Assembly: GCA_007376445.1 (NCBI GenBank)
Contig: VMGF01000001.1
Location: 252,203-316,202 of the forward strand
Direction of reading: 5' to 3'
From: Parcubacteria group bacterium Gr01-1014_3
GTDB lineage: Bacteria; Patescibacteriota; Minisyncoccia; UBA6257; WO2-44-18
Length of the DNA: 64,000 bases
Part shown: positions 37,290 through 46,295 of the stretch, one piece after another
Layout of the letters: every line of letters begins with the position of its first letter
How positions within the stretch are numbered: position 1 is the first letter of the stretch
The notes under the pieces: generated by a model
What the model saw: only the letters and a program-made list of their open reading frames with translations
Database searches by the model: none
Told to the model about the DNA's origin: nothing
Position numbers and translations under genes: made by a program

Positions 37290-39254
37290 ATGAATCTTTA
37301 TTATTTAATCTTCGCTCCGGTAGCTATCGCGATAGTTTATAGCGTTTACATCATGCTTTGGCTGAAGAAGCAGCCGAACGGCAATGAAAAAATGCAGGAG
37401 ATTTCTAAAGCGATCCGGGAAGGTTCGGATGCTTTTTTGCGCCGCCAATATATTTCTGTGGCGTTGGTGGCTCTGCCAATCCTATTAATTATGTATTTCA
37501 CTCTCGGCGCCACCATGGCGTTGGGATTTTTAGTGGGAGCTTCCGCTTCGGCTCTCGCCGGATTTATCGGTATGAAGGTCGCGGTCCGTTCTAACTCGAA
37601 GAGCGCCGAGGCCGCTTCTCGAGGCTTAGGAGCTTCACTCACGCTCGCTTTCAAAGCCGGTTCGGTAACTGGTTATCTGGTGGTGGCTCTCGGTTTGTTA
37701 TCAGTCGCGGGATTTTATTTCATGACTGGCGATGTGAAATCGCTGATCGGTCTTGGCTTTGGCGCCAGCTTGATCTCGGTCTTCGCCCGCTTGGGCGGCG
37801 GTATTTTTACCAAGGCCGCGGATGTTGGTACGGATTTGGTGGGTAAAGTGGAGGCGGGTATTCCGGAGGACGATCCCAGGAATCCTGGTGTAATCGCGGA
37901 TAACGTGGGAGACAATGTCGGCGACTGCGCTGGCATGGCCGCCGATCTTTTTGAAACGTACGCGGTCACGCTGACGGCGGCGATGCTTTTGGGCGCGCTG
38001 ACCTTAACTGGCGGCCAGCTGGCTTTTCCATTAGTACTTGGCGGTCTCGCGATCATCGCTTCAATCGTGGGCGGCTGGTTTGTCCGTATCGGAAAATCTC
38101 AGGCTATCATGGGCGCTTTGTACAAAGGCCTGATCGCGTCTTTAGTGATCTCACTTGGGTTATTTTATTGGGCTTCCAAAGTTTATTTCCCGGAAAATTA
38201 TTGGAATATTTTCGGCGCGGCCGTTATCGGTTTAGTAGTTACCGCCTTGATGGTTATAGTAACTGACTATTACACCGCGAAAAATTTCCGCCCGGTTAAA
38301 ACTATCGCTGAAGCTTCTCGTTCCGGCCATGGCACGAACATCATCATGGGTCTTTCGGTCGGAATGGAGTCCACCGCGCTTCCTATATTAGTAATAGTGG
38401 CCGGTATGCTTGGCGCTTACGCTTTGGCCGGAGTTTATGGCATCGCCATCGCGGCGGTAGGCATGCTTTCAGTCGCGGGTATCGTGGTGGCGATTGATTC
38501 TTTCGGTCCGATCACGGATAACGCCGGCGGTATCGCGGAAATGAGCGGCGCTCCAGCCGAAGTCCGGAAAATTACCGACGCCTTGGATGCAGTGGGTAAC
38601 ACTACCAAAGCCGTTACGAAAGGTTACGCGATCGCTTCCGCTGGTTTGGCGGCCGTGGTTTTGTTCGCCGGTTATGTGGAAGAACTCCAGGCGTTGGCGA
38701 AGAATGTAGTTTTTGAACTTCAAAATCCATTGGTAGTGGTAGGACTTTTCTTAGGCGCGGCCGTGGTTTATCTTTTTGCTTCCATTGCTATGAAAGCCGT
38801 GGGTGATGCCGCGGGCGCGGTAGTTGAAGAAGTCCGCCGCCAGTTCCGGGAGATCCCGGGTATTATGGATGGCACTGGTAAGCCGGATTACAGCCGAGCC
38901 GTGGATATTGTTACGAAAGCGGCGCTTCGAAAGATGATCGTGCCGGCTTTGATCCCAATCGCTTCGGTTTTGCTGGTGGGTATGGTTTTAGGTCCGGAAG
39001 CGCTGGGTGGATTTTTGATGGGTACCATCGTGGCTGGTTTGTTCCTGGGAATTTCAATGACAACTGGTGGCGCCGCTTGGGATAACGCGAAGAAGTATAT
39101 AGAAGCCGCAGGCGCGAAAGGCACCGACTGGCACAAGGCAGCAGTCACCGGCGATATGGTGGGCGATCCTTATAAAGACACCGCCGGTCCGGCCATCAAT
39201 CCGTTGATCAAGGTGATAAATATTGTGGCCTTGCTATTGGTACCGTTCTTATAA
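37290..39254 (+). CDS. hppA: Membrane-bound H+/Na+-translocating pyrophosphatase
   Basis: About 16 TM helices with conserved motifs GGG(I)[11 protein letters not shown](V)GK and [19 protein letters not shown]. Confidence 0.85.
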   Translation: MNLYYLIFAPVAIAIVYSVYIMLWLKKQPNGNEKMQEISKAIREGSDAFLRRQYISVALVALPILLIMYFTLGATMALGFLVGASASALAGFIGMKVAVRSNSKSAEAASRGLGASLTLAFKAGSVTGYLVVALGLLSVAGFYFMTGDVKSLIGLGFGASLISVFARLGGGIFTKAADVGTDLVGKVEAGIPEDDPRNPGVIADNVGDNVGDCAGMAADLFETYAVTLTAAMLLGALTLTGGQLAFPLVLGGLAIIASIVGGWFVRIGKSQAIMGALYKGLIASLVISLGLFYWASKVYFPENYWNIFGAAVIGLVVTALMVIVTDYYTAKNFRPVKTIAEASRSGHGTNIIMGLSVGMESTALPILVIVAGMLGAYALAGVYGIAIAAVGMLSVAGIVVAIDSFGPITDNAGGIAEMSGAPAEVRKITDALDAVGNTTKAVTKGYAIASAGLAAVVLFAGYVEELQALAKNVVFELQNPLVVVGLFLGAAVVYLFASIAMKAVGDAAGAVVEEVRRQFREIPGIMDGTGKPDYSRAVDIVTKAALRKMIVPALIPIASVLLVGMVLGPEALGGFLMGTIVAGLFLGISMTTGGAAWDNAKKYIEAAGAKGTDWHKAAVTGDMVGDPYKDTAGPAINPLIKVINIVALLLVPFL

Positions 39255-39383
39255 AAGACACATATAGAGCTAAAACATACGAGGGGTCGTATATTGACAA
39301 AGGGGTGATAGTACGCTATATTTAGGACATCAAGACGAAGAAGGACCCGAAAGGTGTTGGTGCCTTAGGGGCCTTTTTCATTT

Positions 39384-39998
39384 TTAGGCTATATAAGTTT
39401 TTAAATTTTCTAGACAATCAAATGCTTCGCCACCTAATTCATTATATAAAGATGAGGCAAACTGTTTATTTGGGAAAAGTATTTTCTTAAACCTTTTCTT
39501 CGTTATAAGGTAACTAACCAGTTTCTTGTAATCGCCGTCCCCAGAAATTAAGACAACTTGATTAAAGTTTTGGTTGTCTATCAAATTTTTCATAACTTCA
39601 AAAACTAGATCAGCATCAACATTACCCTTCTTTTTTGATTTGGATTTATTGTGATGTTCTTTGAATACCAAAATAAAACCAGCCTTTTGTATCTCATTGT
39701 ACATATCCGCATTATTATCTTTTAGGTTTCCTAAAAGATAATATGCCTCAGAAACATTATAGTTTTCTTTCAGGTACACCCTCAGCTTGGCCAAATTTAC
39801 TTCCCATGCGTTTCCGCAATTACAATCCGCCAACTTTATTTCTTTTATAGAAATTTTGAGCCTAGCGGCACATTTATAACATTTAGTGGTTCCAAAATGC
39901 ATGTTCTGTCCGTCAACAAAAGCGAGATTTGGTTTATCGGATTTTTCCGAAAATACCTCGGCCTCTGTTTTTGTTGCCTGTTCTTGATATTTATCCAT
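39384..39998 (-). CDS. NYN/LabA-like (PIN-fold) nuclease domain protein with inserted zinc ribbon
   Basis: Motifs FVDGQNM, GNVDADLVFEVM and LISGDGDY with an internal CxxC...CNC segment. AT-rich gene. Confidence 0.55.
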   Translation of the reverse strand: MDKYQEQATKTEAEVFSEKSDKPNLAFVDGQNMHFGTTKCYKCAARLKISIKEIKLADCNCGNAWEVNLAKLRVYLKENYNVSEAYYLLGNLKDNNADMYNEIQKAGFILVFKEHHNKSKSKKKGNVDADLVFEVMKNLIDNQNFNQVVLISGDGDYKKLVSYLITKKRFKKILFPNKQFASSLYNELGGEAFDCLENLKTYIA

Positions 39999-40126
39999 TT
40001 ATCAAAATTATGCGATAACCAATCTCAAGTATCAACCCCATTTACCTCTATGGGAGAGTCAGTTTTTTGATTGACGTCCGACGGTGAAAAGTTTATTATC
40101 TTTTAAGTTCTAAAAGGAGGTGACAG

Positions 40127-40330
40127 ATGATCGGTTGGCTGATCTTCGCCGTGGTGGTTATCGCGATCGTGGGATGGAGGGTAGTCAGCTTTTTTCGCAG
40201 TCGTAAGATTGAAAAAGCGAAACGAGAAAAAGAATTAGATCGCGCGTACGAAGAGTACTACTCTGATCCCGTGAACATTCAGTGGCAGAAGCAGGCACGC
40301 GAAGAGTTCTGGGCGATGATGCGTTGGTAA
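40127..40330 (+). CDS. Small single-TM protein (67 aa)
   Basis: Strong RBS aaaaggaggtgacag before the ATG, an N-terminal TM helix, and a terminator hairpin after the stop. Confidence 0.45.
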   Translation: MIGWLIFAVVVIAIVGWRVVSFFRSRKIEKAKREKELDRAYEEYYSDPVNIQWQKQAREEFWAMMRW

Positions 40331-40380
40331 ATATATTTGGCCGCCTATTTAGGTGGCCATTTTAATTTAGCGAGATAGGA

Positions 40381-40408
40381 TTGACTTTATAACGTAATCT
40401 GTTAAGAT
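40381..40408 (+). promoter_or_regulatory. Promoter TTGACT-16-TAAGAT for the GC-rich gene 40468..41088
   Basis: Near-consensus -35/-10 elements, with the RBS aaaggagg 7 nt before the ATG. Confidence 0.5.
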
Positions 40409-40467
40409 ACGGTGAAATCTTGGCAATGCGCTGAGATAACAATCGTACCTTGAAAGGAGGAGTAGCA

Positions 40468-41088
40468 ATGCTCACGAACACAGGACGGACAATAACATTT
40501 CCTGAATTCTCCGGTATTCGGTGTTTGATGATGCCTTACATCCAGGGTCGGTCGGCGTCGATTCCCGACATCTACGCCCCGTATCGGGAGATCGTCGATT
40601 CGGTGTTTCTGCGAAAGGGCGACATCGGTTTCCTGACGATTGACGAGTCTCTTGCCACCGAAGGGAAGCCCCACCGAGGCCAGCGCGCACAATACGCCCG
40701 GGCATTGCACACAGAAGCAGGAAGGGATCCGAATAAAATCTACTACGGTTGGGGCGGAGGATGGGGCAAAGCACCACACCGCGTCACCCTCGACCGGGGT
40801 GTCCGGATCCTGCTCGCCAACAATCTCGACGAGAGCTGCGCCGTGTGGGATGGAGAACACGAGGACACGTCGCCTGACGGAGACATCGGACACGCGGCGG
40901 CCCAGTATCCGTATCGCGACGCCACGTTTCTCAGGGCCGGTGATGTCCACGAGATCGGCATCCTGACGCCACACGAAAGCTTGCCGGTGCCACGAGACTT
41001 CAACCGGCAGTTCTTGCGGATCATCTCGTCTGGAGTCCATGGGCGCGAGGAGTACTTCACTCGCAATCCTCTGGTGCCGTTCAATTAA
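40468..41088 (+). CDS. Hypothetical protein, strongly GC-rich (probable foreign origin)
   Basis: Start at ATG 40468 after aaaggagg (the listed ORF begins at the TTG inside the RBS). It contains a YYGWGGGWGKAPH motif and has no assignable family. The minus-strand ORF 40402..41109 is treated as an antisense artefact. Confidence 0.5.
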   Translation: MLTNTGRTITFPEFSGIRCLMMPYIQGRSASIPDIYAPYREIVDSVFLRKGDIGFLTIDESLATEGKPHRGQRAQYARALHTEAGRDPNKIYYGWGGGWGKAPHRVTLDRGVRILLANNLDESCAVWDGEHEDTSPDGDIGHAAAQYPYRDATFLRAGDVHEIGILTPHESLPVPRDFNRQFLRIISSGVHGREEYFTRNPLVPFN

Positions 41089-41101
41089 ACTGATAAGCTG
41101 A

Positions 41102-41136
41102 CCCGCCATCTCCTCTGGAGCTCTGGCGGGTTTTTA
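41102..41136 (+). terminator. Rho-independent terminator (cccgcca...tggcggg plus T5)
   Basis: A 7-bp GC stem with an internally structured loop, followed by TTTTTA. Confidence 0.6.
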
Positions 41137-41140
41137 TTCC

Positions 41141-41168
41141 TTGATTTTTATATAAAATATGCTAAGAT
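41141..41168 (+). promoter_or_regulatory. Promoter TTGATT-16-TAAGAT driving the structured leader of ORF 41488
   Basis: Same architecture as the 40381 promoter. Confidence 0.45.
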
Positions 41169-41189
41169 ATGGTCGTTCTTTGAATTTCC

Positions 41190-41487
41190 AATTCACTCCC
41201 TGGATTTGGAGGTGTAGCCACCTCCTTTCACATAAGCTCCCGGACGCGATGCGAGCTATTTTCTTACAGAACTAGGCTTGAGGGCGCAGGTAATAGAAAT
41301 CTATACCCAGCTCGAAAACGACGTTATGTAAGAAAATAGCCGCATCCCGAAGGGTTGTTGCTAAAATGTCAGCTCGCTTCAAAGATGAATCCTAGCAGTA
41401 GACCTCTACAGCTTCAGATTCACTTCTTCGCGATCTGAACATTTTAGCTAACAACGCGCCTGAGATTTATGTGAAAGGAGGTGGCAG
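41190..41487 (+). ncRNA. Large structured 5' leader (candidate riboswitch or cis-regulatory RNA) with SD-sequestering helix
   Basis: H1 pairs 41218..41235 with 41467..41484 over 18 perfect bp, and its 3' strand contains the SD aaggagg. H2 pairs 41255..41268 with 41327..41340 over 14 perfect bp. H3 pairs 41354..41368 with 41440..41455. A competing hairpin ggaggtg-tagc-cacctcc (41208..41224) and an upstream cactccc (41194..41200) are also present. Confidence 0.5.
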
Positions 41488-41949
41488 ATGGTCTTTGAAT
41501 TGCCCGTATTCCTCAGAAAGTCATTTTCGATGATGATCAGAGAGGCAAAATTCGACGACTACAATACCACCATCAACGCGCGTAACTTTCCGCTCCGGAA
41601 TAGAAATTACTGGAAGACTAAGCCTGATATCGTTTCCGTCGAACTTTTGACTTTCGGAAGAAGGGTTGATAACAACGAAATTCTGACCGCAGTCACGGCC
41701 AAGAATCTTAGATTTTCTACGCTGGTGGAGCTGCTGGCGCTTGCTAAGCACTTTCCCGAAGAATCGATCCGGCAGCCGATCGTGGCCATGGGCTCAGCGT
41801 GGCATGAGCGCAGTTATCTCGGCGGACCAGTCCTCCGATATTTCCCGTATCTTTATTCTTATGATCATAATAAGAAACGCGGTTTGGATCTATTTTGGCT
41901 CGAGACGGAATGGGATGAGAATTGGGCGTTTGCCTGTACCCGGTGTTAA
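41488..41949 (+). CDS. Hypothetical protein (153 aa)
   Basis: ATG lies 6 nt after aaggagg. The gene is followed by terminator acccgg-tgttaa-accgggt plus T6. No domain recognised. Confidence 0.5.
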   Translation: MVFELPVFLRKSFSMMIREAKFDDYNTTINARNFPLRNRNYWKTKPDIVSVELLTFGRRVDNNEILTAVTAKNLRFSTLVELLALAKHFPEESIRQPIVAMGSAWHERSYLGGPVLRYFPYLYSYDHNKKRGLDLFWLETEWDENWAFACTRC

Positions 41950-41999
41950 ACCGGGTTTTTTATTTGATTTTTATTTAAAATTTGCTATAATATATCGAA

Positions 42000-43247
42000 A
42001 TGAAATCATCGTTCAAAAAACTTCCGGGTTCGCAAATTGAGCTTGAAGTGGAGTTAGACCAAAAAGAATTCGAGCCTTACTGGAAAGAGGCGCATGAAAA
42101 AGCCTTTAAGTCAGTTGATATTAAAGGTTTTCGCCCTGGTGCCGCGCCAAAAGAACTGGCCGAGAAAGCCGTGGATCAGGAAAAGGTTTTTTCGGAAGCC
42201 GCCAATCGAGCGGTTAGGATCACCTTGGACGAAGTTGCCCAAGATAATAGCTGGACGATCATCGATGCTCCCAAGATCGAATTAACGGATGCTCAGCTTG
42301 GCTTGAAGTACAAAGGAACTCTTACTTTGTTCCCGGAAGTTAAATTGGGAAACTATAAAAAGATCGCCAAAAAAGTTTTTGGTGAGAAAAAAGAAGTTAA
42401 AGCTGAAGCCGCTGAAATAGATAAGACGATCGAGTGGGTTCGTAATTCACGCGCTAAGCAAACTTTAGTTAATCGCGCCGCTAAGGCAGGCGATCTGGTG
42501 GAGACTGATGTTGAAACGTTAATTGAGGGTAAGCCAGTGGAAGGCGCTCAACTGAAAGGCGATAAATTCATTCTCGGCGACAGCCGTCTGATGCCGGGTT
42601 TTGATAAGCAATTAGAAAATCATTCGGCCGGCGAGAAGCTGGAGTTTTCCATTACCGCTCCGGCAGATTATTGGCACAAGGAAATTCGCGGCAAGAAGGT
42701 GGATTTTAAAGTTAACTTAATTTCCGTCTTTGAACGTGAGCTTCCGGAGGTCAATGAAGAGTTCGTCAAAGGACTAGGAAAATTTACTTCCGTAGAAGAA
42801 TTGAAGAAGAGCATCGCCGATGGCTTGATTAAAGAAAAATCCGAAAAAGAAGGCGAGCGTTTGCGCATCAAGACGTTGGAGGAGATTATTAAGGACGCGG
42901 ACATGGATATCCCCGAAGTTATGATCGAGAAAACCCTCGAAGGAATGGTGGCCGACGCGCAGGCGATGATGAAAGCGCAGCGCTTGCCTGCCGATAGGCA
43001 GGGCCTGAAAGAAGAAGACGTCCGAAATTCATTGAAAGATCGCGCACGCAACAATGTAGCCACCAATTTAGTTATTTATAAGATCTCCGAAACGGAAAAT
43101 CTCAAGCCGACCGAAGAAGAGGTGCAGGCCGAGGTGGATATTTTGACCGGCCGCATGGAGCGGAGCGTGAATCCGAAGCAGTATTACAACTACGCTTTCG
43201 GTTTAGTGCAGAATAGGAAAGTCTTTGAGTTTTTAGCGAAGCAATAG
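42000..43247 (+). CDS. tig: Trigger factor
   Basis: N-terminal ribosome-binding region (GFRPGAAPK), a central PPIase-like domain and a C-terminal arm. Confidence 0.85.
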   Translation: MKSSFKKLPGSQIELEVELDQKEFEPYWKEAHEKAFKSVDIKGFRPGAAPKELAEKAVDQEKVFSEAANRAVRITLDEVAQDNSWTIIDAPKIELTDAQLGLKYKGTLTLFPEVKLGNYKKIAKKVFGEKKEVKAEAAEIDKTIEWVRNSRAKQTLVNRAAKAGDLVETDVETLIEGKPVEGAQLKGDKFILGDSRLMPGFDKQLENHSAGEKLEFSITAPADYWHKEIRGKKVDFKVNLISVFERELPEVNEEFVKGLGKFTSVEELKKSIADGLIKEKSEKEGERLRIKTLEEIIKDADMDIPEVMIEKTLEGMVADAQAMMKAQRLPADRQGLKEEDVRNSLKDRARNNVATNLVIYKISETENLKPTEEEVQAEVDILTGRMERSVNPKQYYNYAFGLVQNRKVFEFLAKQ

Positions 43248-43316
43248 GAGTAATCGCGAATATACAAATAAAAAGGTAATATTACGAATAGGAAGACTAA
43301 TTGACTAAATAATCAT

Positions 43317-43928
43317 ATGACCAATAAACAAGAAGTTAGGAACGACTACCTGATCCCGACGGTTATCGAGAAGGTTGCCGGAGGTGAGCGGGCTTTTGAT
43401 ATTTATTCTCGCTTACTGAAGGAACGCATCATCTTTTTAACCGGTCCTATCAACGATGTAGTAGCCAACTTGGTTATCGCTCAATTACTTTTCCTGGAAC
43501 ACGAAGATCCGAAAAAGGATATTAAACTGTACATCAACAGCCCGGGTGGTTCAGTGACGGCTGGTATGGCGATCTATGACACGATGCAGTATGTAAAACC
43601 GGATGTTTCCACGATTTGCGTGGGAATGGCGGCTTCGATGGGCGCGGTATTGCTTGGTTCTGGCGCCAAGGGAAAGCGTGTGGCTTTGCCGAACGCGGAA
43701 ATCTTGCTTCACCAGGTAATGGGAGGCGTGGAAGGTCAGGCGAGCGAGATCGAGATCACCGCTAAGCAAATCATTAAGATGAAGGAGCGTTTGAATAATG
43801 TGCTTGCTAAAAATACCGGTCAGTCACTTTCTAAGATCGAAAAAGACACCGATCGCGACTTTTATATGACCGCGGCGGAAGCCAAGGAGTACGGGTTGAT
43901 CGACGAGATCATCAAAGGAAAGAAGTAG
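43317..43928 (+). CDS. clpP: ATP-dependent Clp protease proteolytic subunit
   Basis: Active-site region [11 protein letters not shown], a His in LHQVMGG, and overall ClpP length and layout. Confidence 0.9.
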   Translation: MTNKQEVRNDYLIPTVIEKVAGGERAFDIYSRLLKERIIFLTGPINDVVANLVIAQLLFLEHEDPKKDIKLYINSPGGSVTAGMAIYDTMQYVKPDVSTICVGMAASMGAVLLGSGAKGKRVALPNAEILLHQVMGGVEGQASEIEITAKQIIKMKERLNNVLAKNTGQSLSKIEKDTDRDFYMTAAEAKEYGLIDEIIKGKK

Positions 43929-43938
43929 GTTCGAGCAT

Positions 43939-44071
43939 CCTCTTTCCGGAAACAGAATAAAACGGCTCCAGCGGCCGTTTTTTCTTCGCCCTCGGCGCGC
44001 CGCTCCGGCTTAAGTCGGAGACCGATTATAGGAGAACAGCCGGCGCGCCTCCGGGATGTTCCGTAAAGAGG
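43939..44071. repeat. GC-rich structured repeat element, copy B
   Basis: See copy A at 17161..17292. It includes the bidirectional terminator acggctccagcggccgt plus T-run, a GGCGCGCC core, and the closing helix cctctttccgg/ccgtaaagagg. Confidence 0.6.
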
Positions 44072-44105
44072 ATACTCTCAACTCGGTGAATTAAATGTGG
44101 TAAAA

Positions 44106-44134
44106 TTGACAAAATAGGGTATTTGTCTTAGAAT
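44106..44134 (+). promoter_or_regulatory. Promoter TTGACA-17-TAGAAT for ORF 44186
   Basis: Consensus -35 element with 17-nt spacing, followed by a 5'UTR hairpin aatcggga-atgg-tcccgatt. Confidence 0.55.
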
Positions 44135-44185
44135 ACGACTAGCTAAATCGGGAATGGTCCCGATTGTTTACAGCTTCAAAGGAGG

Positions 44186-44992
44186 GTGAAGGTGGTTGAC
44201 CTTACTAGGGGCGGGGCGCTGACGCGATTTCTTGATGAATTTTCATTCCCTCAGATTCGGGGTTTAATGAAATTCTTGGCCTCCAGCAGTTCCGAAAATA
44301 ACGACAGGGCGTATTTTCAGCTAATGTCTGTGGGCTCCGATGCGCATTTCACTGAATCATTATCTCTGCCAAAAGTGTTCAGATCTTTTAGTCTCAGCTT
44401 TTGTCAGATCAGGCAGGATGGTCAGGTTAAAGAGTACATTACCGAAGAAGACTTTAATAAAGCGGCATCTATTATCAATTCTCTATTTGATACGAAAAAG
44501 ATAGCTTTATCAGAAGAGCCTAAGGGCAAAAGAAAAAATCCGGTTTGCGCGATTATCGCCGCTAAAGGCGGTAAATCCGATATCGTTGTTTGGAATCCTC
44601 TAACCGGAGAAGTAGTGATCTCCAATCATGCCTGGCGTCGATTCTTGGAGAGGTTTTATAAGATGACGCGCAAAGAGGCCAAGGCCAACAAATTTTCCGA
44701 AGATGAGCTCGTGAAACTTCAATCAAGCTTTCTCAAGGCCAAAAAGACCAATCTTTCTGAAAGAGTCGCCTTTGGCAGGTTGTTAAATAATGGCGTTAAG
44801 CCAGCGACCTATCTTTACAATCAGAAAGATAATCTGCGGTTTATCGTTATTGATCAAGGCGAGACAAAGCTACTTGTCACCGCTGAGGATCCCTATCATC
44901 GTGGCAAAAAGCCTATCGAGGCGCCTAGCGAGTGTGATTTACCTGATTACATGCAGCGTTATTTCGAAAAAAAGAAAGAGCTTGACTCATAA
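44186..44992 (+). CDS. Hypothetical protein (268 aa)
   Basis: GTG start following aaggaggg. A strong terminator (acagcccacctgggctgt plus T-run) follows. No domain recognised. Confidence 0.5.
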   Translation: MKVVDLTRGGALTRFLDEFSFPQIRGLMKFLASSSSENNDRAYFQLMSVGSDAHFTESLSLPKVFRSFSLSFCQIRQDGQVKEYITEEDFNKAASIINSLFDTKKIALSEEPKGKRKNPVCAIIAAKGGKSDIVVWNPLTGEVVISNHAWRRFLERFYKMTRKEAKANKFSEDELVKLQSSFLKAKKTNLSERVAFGRLLNNGVKPATYLYNQKDNLRFIVIDQGETKLLVTAEDPYHRGKKPIEAPSECDLPDYMQRYFEKKKELDS

Positions 44993-45047
44993 CAGCCCAC
45001 CTGGGCTGTTTTTTATTTTTCGTCAGGTTAAGTTAGAATATAGCTAT

Positions 45048-45170
45048 GAATCCCACACATAACAAAGAGCGCTGTGGCGATTCGGTAGTGGTCGTAAATA
45101 ATAGAATTACTTATAAAAATAATTAACCAAGAACAAAGAGCGAATACATAAACTCTTTGTTATGTGTGGG
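45048..45170. repeat. 20-bp perfect inverted repeat pair (ATCCCACACATAACAAAGAG ... CTCTTTGTTATGTGTGGGAT) enclosing about 83 bp; MITE-like or long-range leader helix
   Basis: The arms are exact reverse complements. The 3' arm ends at the tyrS ATG. An internal direct repeat aacaaagagcg occurs twice. Confidence 0.55.
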
Positions 45171-46295
45171 ATGAACGATTCATTGCTTACTCGCGGAGTT
45201 GAAGAGGTGATTGTCAAAGACCATCTTGAGGCCGCGCTAAAATCCGGTAAGAAATTACGAGTGAAGTTTGGCATTGATCCGACCGCGCCAGATTTACATT
45301 TGGGGCACACAGTTCCGCTTCGTAAGCTTCGGCAATTTCAGGATGCCGGGCATACGGCGGTTTTAATAATCGGTGACTTTACCGCGATGATCGGAGATCC
45401 TACGGGTCGCTCCGAAGAGCGTATGCCGCTCTCCACAAAAGAGGTGAAGCAAAATATGAAAAAATATCTGAAACAGGCCGGAAAGATTTTGAACGTTAAG
45501 AAGGCGGAGGTCCACTATAATAGTAAATGGCTAAACAAAAGCCTAGACACAATCATAGAAATATCCAGGGTCGGGACAATCCAGCAAGTATTACATCGGG
45601 CAGATTTTAAAAAACGCATAGATGAAGGGAGCGACATCACCTTGCTTGAAGTTATGTACCCGCTGTTCCAGGGTTATGATTCAGTGAAAGTTGAAGCAGA
45701 TGTCGAAATAGGAGGAACCGATCAGAAATTCAATCTTTTGATGGGACGAAGAGTTCAGCGCCATTTCAAGATGCCAGAGCAAGACATGGTTACCGTGCCA
45801 TTATTAGAAGGCACTGATGGCAATCATAAAATGTCCAAGTCCAAGGGAAATTACATTGCTATCGATGAGGCTCCGGATGAAATGTTTGGAAAAATAATGA
45901 GAATACCCGATATTTTGATCGATAAGTATTACAATTTACTTACTGACGCGGATCGCTCAATTCAAGATCCCCTCAAAGCGAAATTAGAGCTCGCGAAAGT
46001 TCTTGTTACCATGTACCATGGCGAAAAATCAGCGACAAAGGCCCAGGAAGAATTTATAAAAATTCATTCGGAGCACGGAAAACCAACCGATAGACCTCGA
46101 TACACAAACTTAGCGGGAAAGTCCGTATTGGACGCGATAAGTGTGGCTGGGATAATTTCAAGTAGAAGCGAAGCTCGTCGTCTGATCGAGCAGGGCGCTG
46201 TCCGTATTAACGACAAGAAAGTTTCAGATCCTAACGAAATAATACCCCCGGGCGCTACCGTGCAAGTCGGCCCCCGCCGTTTTTTTGACACCTAA
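45171..46295 (+). CDS. tyrS: Tyrosyl-tRNA synthetase
   Basis: HIGH-class motif PDLHLGH, the KMSKS motif, and a C-terminal S4 domain. The start is set at ATG 45171 (MNDSLL); the listed ORF starts at 45162. Confidence 0.85.
   Translation: MNDSLLTRGVEEVIVKDHLEAALKSGKKLRVKFGIDPTAPDLHLGHTVPLRKLRQFQDAGHTAVLIIGDFTAMIGDPTGRSEERMPLSTKEVKQNMKKYLKQAGKILNVKKAEVHYNSKWLNKSLDTIIEISRVGTIQQVLHRADFKKRIDEGSDITLLEVMYPLFQGYDSVKVEADVEIGGTDQKFNLLMGRRVQRHFKMPEQDMVTVPLLEGTDGNHKMSKSKGNYIAIDEAPDEMFGKIMRIPDILIDKYYNLLTDADRSIQDPLKAKLELAKVLVTMYHGEKSATKAQEEFIKIHSEHGKPTDRPRYTNLAGKSVLDAISVAGIISSRSEARRLIEQGAVRINDKKVSDPNEIIPPGATVQVGPRRFFDT

Noticed and set aside
40402-41109. 235-aa minus-strand ORF covering the GC-rich gene 40468..41088
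   Set aside because: Same GC artefact. The plus-strand gene has an aaaggagg RBS, a promoter and a downstream terminator.
41190-41949. Retron (msr/msd ncRNA with a1/a2 inverted repeats plus reverse transcriptase)
   Set aside because: The nested-helix leader superficially resembles a retron ncRNA, but the downstream ORF is 153 aa with no YxDD/RT motifs, and no RT is present in the window.
45048-45170. T-box riboswitch upstream of tyrS
   Set aside because: No T-box consensus (AGGGTGGNACCGCG), specifier-loop arrangement or antiterminator/terminator pair was found. The feature is instead a simple perfect inverted repeat.
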